Source: a virus | Taxonomy: Duplodnaviria > Caudoviricetes | Strand: one strand, 5' to 3' | Length of the DNA: 61,335 nt | IMG/VR virus record: IMGVR_UViG_3300008261_000017 | Coordinates: 1-61,335 of that record | Part shown: positions 56,372-61,335 of the stretch, in pieces | Layout: every line of letters starts with the position of its first letter | Position numbering within the stretch: position 1 is the stretch's first letter | Translations under genes and position numbers: made by a program | The notes under the pieces: model-generated | The model's input: the letters and a program-made list of their open reading frames with translations, nothing else | What the model was told of the DNA's origin: nothing | The model's database searches: none

Positions 56372-57114
56372 AAAAGTTATTCACCTCAATTGGTCTAGTT
56401 TTATCGTTAGCATTTCCTGCTATATCATCATCATTAGAACCAAAACAACCAACAGTAAGACCTTATAGTGCAGAGGCAATGGGTTGTATGATACTTCTAG
56501 AATGTACTGAAGGAGTGGAAAAACTCACAGTAGATTCTGAACTACTAAAGGATCCAGACTTTGATCCATTCAGAGAAGAACTAAAAAGGATTATTATTGC
56601 TCTTGATGGTGTAAATGTTCCTGTTTATGTTGCACCAGAAAGATATTTTACTCCAAGAACAGTGGGATTATATAAACCAAACTATAATAGATTTTTTGTA
56701 AATGAAACTCTTCTGAAAGACCCTAGAGAGTTTCTAGGAACAATGAGACATGAAGGGTGGCATGTTGTTCAAGATTGTATGGGTGGTGGATTGCAAACAT
56801 CCTTCATGGCACAAGTACATCAAGATAGTGAAATACCTGCTTGGGTAATGAAGCAGACTAGATTGACTTATGAATCAATGATGCAAAGTCGTGCTGTTCC
56901 CTGGGAAGCAGATGCTAACTGGGCAGAAGAACAGTCAAATGTGACTGCTGAAAAAATAGAGATGTGTGGAAAAGGTCCTCTTTGGGAACAAATTCGTCCT
57001 ACACCAATGACTATGGACTGGTTAATTGGTTGTGGATGGATGAAACCACAAGAGGGTAAGTATCCTTATTATCCAAATAAGAAAGTAGAATATTGTACGG
57101 AAGGTAAGTATTGA
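56368..57114 (+). CDS. secreted HExxH metallopeptidase-like protein
   Basis: Signal peptide; RHEGWHVVQDC, WEADA. Confidence 0.7.
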   Translation: MKKLFTSIGLVLSLAFPAISSSLEPKQPTVRPYSAEAMGCMILLECTEGVEKLTVDSELLKDPDFDPFREELKRIIIALDGVNVPVYVAPERYFTPRTVGLYKPNYNRFFVNETLLKDPREFLGTMRHEGWHVVQDCMGGGLQTSFMAQVHQDSEIPAWVMKQTRLTYESMMQSRAVPWEADANWAEEQSNVTAEKIEMCGKGPLWEQIRPTPMTMDWLIGCGWMKPQEGKYPYYPNKKVEYCTEGKY

Positions 57115-57263
57115 TGGAATTTCCTTGGGGAGTGGTGATTATACTTTCTTGTGGTCTTATATTCACTTTATATTGTATATACTACATATTAAATCTAGCT
57201 CATAAGGAGATGAACGATGAAACAATTAAGTCTGATACTGTCTCTCACAAGTCTAAGCATTAG
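57114..57263 (+). CDS. single-TM microprotein, 49 aa (not in ORF track)
   Basis: MEFPWGVVIILSCGLIFT...; TGATG coupling. Confidence 0.55.
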   Translation: MEFPWGVVIILSCGLIFTLYCIYYILNLAHKEMNDETIKSDTVSHKSKH

Positions 57264-57429
57264 TGCTGCGATTGGTGTAGGGGCATATATCACATATCAA
57301 AAGGCACAAAAGATTCTGGACAATCCAGAAGAGTTTGTTGGTAAAGTTGTGGAGAATCAAGTTAATAAAGCATTTGAAAAATTACCTATTCCTAAACTAA
57401 ATACTGAGAAGTTTAAATTACCATTCTAA
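57217..57429 (+). CDS. small membrane-anchored protein
   Basis: AAGGAG SD; N-terminal TM. Confidence 0.7.
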   Translation: MKQLSLILSLTSLSISAAIGVGAYITYQKAQKILDNPEEFVGKVVENQVNKAFEKLPIPKLNTEKFKLPF

Positions 57430-57857
57430 TGTCAGAGAAAGACCCATATATTTACAGAATCAAATCAGTAGGAAAAGTTGTAGATGGTGACACTATTGAT
57501 GCTGATATTGACCTTGGTTTTGATATCTCCCTTACTAAGAGAATTCGTCTTGCTGGTATTGATACCCCAGAAAGTCGCACGAAAGATGTCGAAGAAAAGA
57601 AACTTGGACTAGATGCAAAAGAATGGTTAAAGCATCGTCTTCATGGTGCCGATGATATTATCATTCGTACAGAACTTCCAGACTCTACCGAGAAGTATGG
57701 TCGCATCATTGGACACCTCTATATCAATGGTGAAGAAGCATCTCTTAATAACCAAATGATTACTGAGGGTTATGCCCTTGCTTATGATGGTGGAACAAAA
57801 GATAAGGACTGGGAACCACTCAGAGAAATTCGTAGAGCAAAAGGAACTCTTGTATAA
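57429..57857 (+). CDS. thermonuclease (SNase-like)
   Basis: VVDGDT, RLAGIDTPE, KYGRIIG. Confidence 0.9.
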   Translation: MSEKDPYIYRIKSVGKVVDGDTIDADIDLGFDISLTKRIRLAGIDTPESRTKDVEEKKLGLDAKEWLKHRLHGADDIIIRTELPDSTEKYGRIIGHLYINGEEASLNNQMITEGYALAYDGGTKDKDWEPLREIRRAKGTLV

Positions 57858-58057
57858 TGATATACTTTAATATTGTTAGATTGTTTATTATTATCTGGGC
57901 AGCATTTATGATTTCTGCCGTGGAATCTGTTGCCATAAAAACAGAAGGACAAGTAGAACTAGAAACTACAAGTAGAGATGCGTATGCAAAAGTACTTGTA
58001 CTTGCAGTGGGTTCTTTTCTTGGAGATGCAGCATTTAAATTGAAAAATAGAAAATAG
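57857..58057 (+). CDS. small membrane protein
   Basis: ORF track; TAATG coupling. Confidence 0.65.
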   Translation: MIYFNIVRLFIIIWAAFMISAVESVAIKTEGQVELETTSRDAYAKVLVLAVGSFLGDAAFKLKNRK

Positions 58058-58151
58058 TTTTGTTAGCATAATAAAACAGAGTAACTTAAAAAAACGTTAC
58101 AATGTGATACCAAATTATTAAATAGTAAAGATTTAATTAAGGTCTTTACAG

Positions 58152-58307
58152 ATGACCCAGGCACCAGCAAAGATTGAATCGGAACAAGAAATTAAACAAA
58201 AAAAAGTCGAGAAAGATAATATCCTCCTCGAAATACTTTATAATCTTGTAGTTCAACTTCCTGTGATTGCAGTTACTTGGGTTATTTCTAAATTTGAATG
58301 GGATTAG
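58152..58307 (+). CDS. small hypothetical, 51 aa (not in ORF track)
   Basis: MTQAPAKIESE...; converges with minus-strand operon. Confidence 0.5.
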   Translation: MTQAPAKIESEQEIKQKKVEKDNILLEILYNLVVQLPVIAVTWVISKFEWD

Positions 58308-59197
58308 ATTGATAAACGAGCAGATAGTTTTTTAGCAATTTTTTTAGCAGGGGCAAAGAGAGGTTTAAATCTTTCTTTGCCTTCTTTCGTAAATTTATCT
58401 TTTATCACGTCATCAATAATAATCTTGTTATCTATCTCATAGAGAGCATTGATTTCAACTTGGTCACGAATGTATTGCTCTACATTTGTAACTTGTTCTA
58501 CGAGACGAGTTCCATCTGCAGAGTATTCAAATACATCAATGTGTCCTCCTTCTGCTAGAACATAATGAAGGACTGGTTTGACCTGTTTGATTTTAATTTT
58601 AAACTTATTCTTTGTTGCTTCTTTAATGATTGGTTCCGCAGCATTTTTTAGTGCATTGAGAACTGTAGTAGATGCAATAGTTGCAGCAGTTGTGACTACT
58701 GCGACAGCACCAGCCGTAGCAACAAGAGAAGGGTCAGGTAAATTAATATTGATTCCACCGACAGTAAAAGTGGGTTGAGGTTTATTTGCTGGAACTTCTA
58801 CAACTGGAGTAGGAGTTTGAGTGGGGGGAGTTTGAACAACTTGAGGCAGTTGAGGTGGGGGGGTAGTATCTGGTAAACCCCTTGATTTTTCCTGTTGTTC
58901 TTGTGCCTGTTTTTCACGTTCTGCTTTTACAGCAGCATCAAACTCTGCTTGAGTTGGTACATTAATAACTGGATATTTAATCGCAGTATTTGGTACATCA
59001 ATTACAGGAACTTCAAGACCACGCACAACAGGTTGTTCCACATTACGAATAGTTGGTTTATCTATAGTTGAGATTACAGATGGACCAGATATTCGATTGA
59101 TACTTGTATTTGGTATGTTTGCGTTTGGTACGTTAATCGGATTATTTCCGATTATGGGTCTTAAATTTGCACTATCAATTGATTGTATTGGTTCCAT
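58304..59197 (-). CDS. Pro-rich membrane-anchored hypothetical
   Basis: Long ORF with central hydrophobic helix; last gene of minus-strand operon. Confidence 0.75.
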   Translation of the reverse strand: MEPIQSIDSANLRPIIGNNPINVPNANIPNTSINRISGPSVISTIDKPTIRNVEQPVVRGLEVPVIDVPNTAIKYPVINVPTQAEFDAAVKAEREKQAQEQQEKSRGLPDTTPPPQLPQVVQTPPTQTPTPVVEVPANKPQPTFTVGGININLPDPSLVATAGAVAVVTTAATIASTTVLNALKNAAEPIIKEATKNKFKIKIKQVKPVLHYVLAEGGHIDVFEYSADGTRLVEQVTNVEQYIRDQVEINALYEIDNKIIIDDVIKDKFTKEGKERFKPLFAPAKKIAKKLSARLSI

Positions 59198-59753
59198 TAA
59201 CCACATCCTCAACTCTTGGGTATTTCACAACAACATCTGCACAAACTTTGTAGTAAGGACTATCAGGATGGAACATGATTCCTGCCTTATATGCTTCACC
59301 GCATTTTAATAATCTTACAAGTTCAAAATCTAAACGTGCTTTATCTGCTTCGGCTTGTTGTCTTGAGATTTCGACCCTAGCTCTTGATTTACAAAGTTCT
59401 TGTAAAGAACCATCTAAGGGAATATTAAATCCCATGGATAATCCAGCATTTCCAGAGTAAGATGAGAATTGTTCTGGATCTTGACTAGCATTGCCATTAC
59501 CAATGATGAATGGAGCCAGAGAAAATGTTGGTCCCTGACAGGAAACACCAGCACCAAAAGTATTCATAGCATAAGGACCTTGAAGAACTTGAACTGCCTG
59601 GTTTGTTACATTACCAGTAGCAGATGCTGAAGGTCCTGCGATGTTTGTATTCGATGGAGCTTGTTGAGCAAATGCAGTTCCTGTTGAGATTATTGCGTAA
59701 AGACAGAGATTGATGTAGTGGTTGATTGGGTTTCTGTGGTGCGATCTATCCAT
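59175..59753 (-). CDS. secreted hypothetical (start uncertain)
   Basis: ASATGNVTNQAVQ, GVSCQGPT, DFELVRLLKCGE. Confidence 0.75.
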   Translation of the reverse strand: MDRSHHRNPINHYINLCLYAIISTGTAFAQQAPSNTNIAGPSASATGNVTNQAVQVLQGPYAMNTFGAGVSCQGPTFSLAPFIIGNGNASQDPEQFSSYSGNAGLSMGFNIPLDGSLQELCKSRARVEISRQQAEADKARLDFELVRLLKCGEAYKAGIMFHPDSPYYKVCADVVVKYPRVEDVVNGTNTIN

Positions 59754-60055
59754 GTTTCTTTTGCCACTCCAGGACCGAGATAGGTTTCACTGAACTGGAA
59801 TGGAGCACCTTGAGTCATCACAGAATATCCAGCACCCCTCTGTGGAGATCCAGGAATGTTAATGTTTGTACCAGTTACAGTATAAGATTCACCAGTTGTA
59901 TATTCAACTTGGCGGATTGCTTCTACAATTTTTGTTGTAGATTCTGTTGTTGCATTGATTGTGCCTCTAGTAAAATTAGGCACAACACTCTCAGCATAAA
60001 CGGGAGTACAAGTGACTCCCGCTGCTAAAAGCAAAACGGGAGTTAAATGTCTCAT
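59690..60055 (-). CDS. secreted beta-rich hypothetical
   Basis: Signal peptide; VVPNFTRG, FQFSETYLGPG. Confidence 0.75.
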   Translation of the reverse strand: MRHLTPVLLLAAGVTCTPVYAESVVPNFTRGTINATTESTTKIVEAIRQVEYTTGESYTVTGTNINIPGSPQRGAGYSVMTQGAPFQFSETYLGPGVAKETWIDRTTETQSTTTSISVFTQ

Positions 60056-60513
60056 TTGAATACACTTAATTCGATGCTTCTTTGAGCAGTAGCACTTGTA
60101 CCTGCACCACCAGCAGTAACAGTTGGGACACCAGTTGGGGAAAGAGTACCTGCAAGGGTTCCTTTCTCACCACCAACTTGAGTCACACTATCTCCGTATA
60201 GATTTGGTGTTCCAATAACACCATTAGTAACTGTTTGGGTAGTAACGGGAGTATCGGCAGCATTGAAACTTTCTGAGAAAGTAAATGCTTGACCTGGAGT
60301 ATTGATATCGTAGGTTCCAGCACCGCCCACACCACCAAAGGATGTGGATTGGATATTGGTTCCTGATGCAGAGTATGATGCACCTATTCTAGTTGATTGA
60401 ACAGCAGCACCATCAACTTTTAGTTGAACAGAATCGGTGATTTTTGAGGTGATTTCAGCAGCACTTGTAGGAATGGTGAAGAATAACGAAAAGGCCAATA
60501 ATAGTCTTTTCAT
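60052..60513 (-). CDS. secreted Gly/Thr-rich hypothetical
   Basis: MKRLLLAFSLF signal; minus-strand late promoter GATAAATA at 60547-60540. Confidence 0.75.
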   Translation of the reverse strand: MKRLLLAFSLFFTIPTSAAEITSKITDSVQLKVDGAAVQSTRIGASYSASGTNIQSTSFGGVGGAGTYDINTPGQAFTFSESFNAADTPVTTQTVTNGVIGTPNLYGDSVTQVGGEKGTLAGTLSPTGVPTVTAGGAGTSATAQRSIELSVFK

Positions 60514-60577
60514 TTTCTTATGTTGGTGAACACTATAATTATTTATCGAATCCAATTTCAAATCTGGCACACCCCCC

Positions 60578-60611
60578 TTGACTTCCTGGTGGACTACTGG
60601 TATGATAAATA
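60578..60611 (+). promoter_or_regulatory. psbA sigma70 promoter overlapping a late promoter
   Basis: TTGACT-N17-TATGAT, with GATAAATA at 60604. Confidence 0.75.
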
Positions 60612-60655
60612 GGTAAACAAATGTTACGAACCTTAAAGGACTTGTAACATTGTCG

Positions 60656-60760
60656 AACTCCCACTAACCGAGACCTATGGGGAGTATAAAAACGTCTCTC
60701 ATACCCACAGTGGAGGGTGCTGTGGGGAATACTCGTAACGGTTCGTCCCCCCGAACTTTT
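60656..60760 (+). ncRNA. PhotoRC-II-like psbA leader RNA
   Basis: ACTCCC..GGGAGT stem, GAGAC/GTCTC pairing, CCCACAG..CTGTGGG hairpin upstream of psbA; family from recall. Confidence 0.7.
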
Positions 60761-60780
60761 ATCTAACTCTCTTAATTCAA

Positions 60781-61335
60781 ATGACTGCTACAATTTCACA
60801 ACAACGACAATCAAATACTTGGGAACAATTCTGCAACTGGGTTACATCAACCGATAATCGTCTTTATGTCGGTTGGTTCGGAGTCCTGATGATTCCTTGC
60901 CTGCTTGCTGCAACTATCTGCTTCATCGTTGCCTTCATTGCTGCTCCCCCTGTGGACATTGATGGTATCCGTGAACCAGTTGCTGGTTCTCTGATGTATG
61001 GAAACAACATCATCTCTGGTGCTGTTATTCCTTCTTCTAACGCAATCGGTCTTCACTTCTATCCCATCTGGGAAGCTGCCTCACTCGATGAGTGGCTATA
61101 TAACGGAGGACCTTTCCAACTGGTCGTCTTCCACTTTCTGATTGGTATCTATGCTTACATGGGTCGTGAATGGGAACTTTCTTACCGTCTTGGTATGCGT
61201 CCCTGGATTTGCGTTGCTTATTCTGCTCCTGTTGCTGCTGCTTCTGCGGTGTTCCTTGTTTATCCTTTCGGTCAAGGTTCCTTCTCTGACGCAATGCCTC
61301 TCGGAATCTCGGGTACGTTTAACTACATGCTCGTC
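60781..61335 (+). CDS. psbA: photosystem II D1 protein (3' truncated by window)
   Basis: [34 protein letters not shown]...[13 protein letters not shown]. Confidence 0.99.
   Translation, partial: MTATISQQRQSNTWEQFCNWVTSTDNRLYVGWFGVLMIPCLLAATICFIVAFIAAPPVDIDGIREPVAGSLMYGNNIISGAVIPSSNAIGLHFYPIWEAASLDEWLYNGGPFQLVVFHFLIGIYAYMGREWELSYRLGMRPWICVAYSAPVAAASAVFLVYPFGQGSFSDAMPLGISGTFNYMLV

Noticed and set aside
733-61294. Numerous short antisense and alternate-frame ORFs in the track that overlap core genes
   Set aside because: No recognisable motifs or SD sites; they are shadows of well-supported genes

Overview
This is a 61.3 kb, AT-rich segment of a T4-like cyanomyovirus (Kyanoviridae-type gene order). 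A freshwater picocyanobacterial host is plausible, but that is inference. It runs from the 3' end of the major capsid gene (g23) through the core replication block (g3, uvsY, uvsW, g55, g47, g46, g45, g44, g62, regA, hsp20, g43, uvsX, g41, mazG, g61, nrdA, nrdB). It then passes late-promoter modular proteins with T4 capsid-targeting-like N-termini, tRNA-Gly, a microprotein cluster around gnd, a 10-gene glycosylation island, a porin, hli/petF/peroxiredoxin genes, a lysis region and an autotransporter-like protein, and ends in the 5' half of psbA. Top observations: (1) a probable -1 programmed frameshift (G_GGA_AAG plus hairpin) fusing a duplicated N-terminal domain to the GH24 lysozyme; (2) two micro-ORFs below the ORF-track cutoff resembling NDH-1L subunits NdhP and NdhQ, on either side of gnd; (3) putative protease-processed, capsid-packaged polyproteins with recurring (S/N)YE(L/V/F)EG linkers and HAD, RyR-like and RlpA-like cargo; (4) a manA-like structured RNA whose repeated hairpin-UGGU(n)GGA units are interleaved with two ORFs; (5) a gene inserted between 34-bp direct repeats of the g41 3' end; (6) a 21-bp promoter-proximal motif shared by an antisense promoter and a promoter 31 kb away. 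All family assignments come from motif recognition and recalled synteny; no database searches were run.
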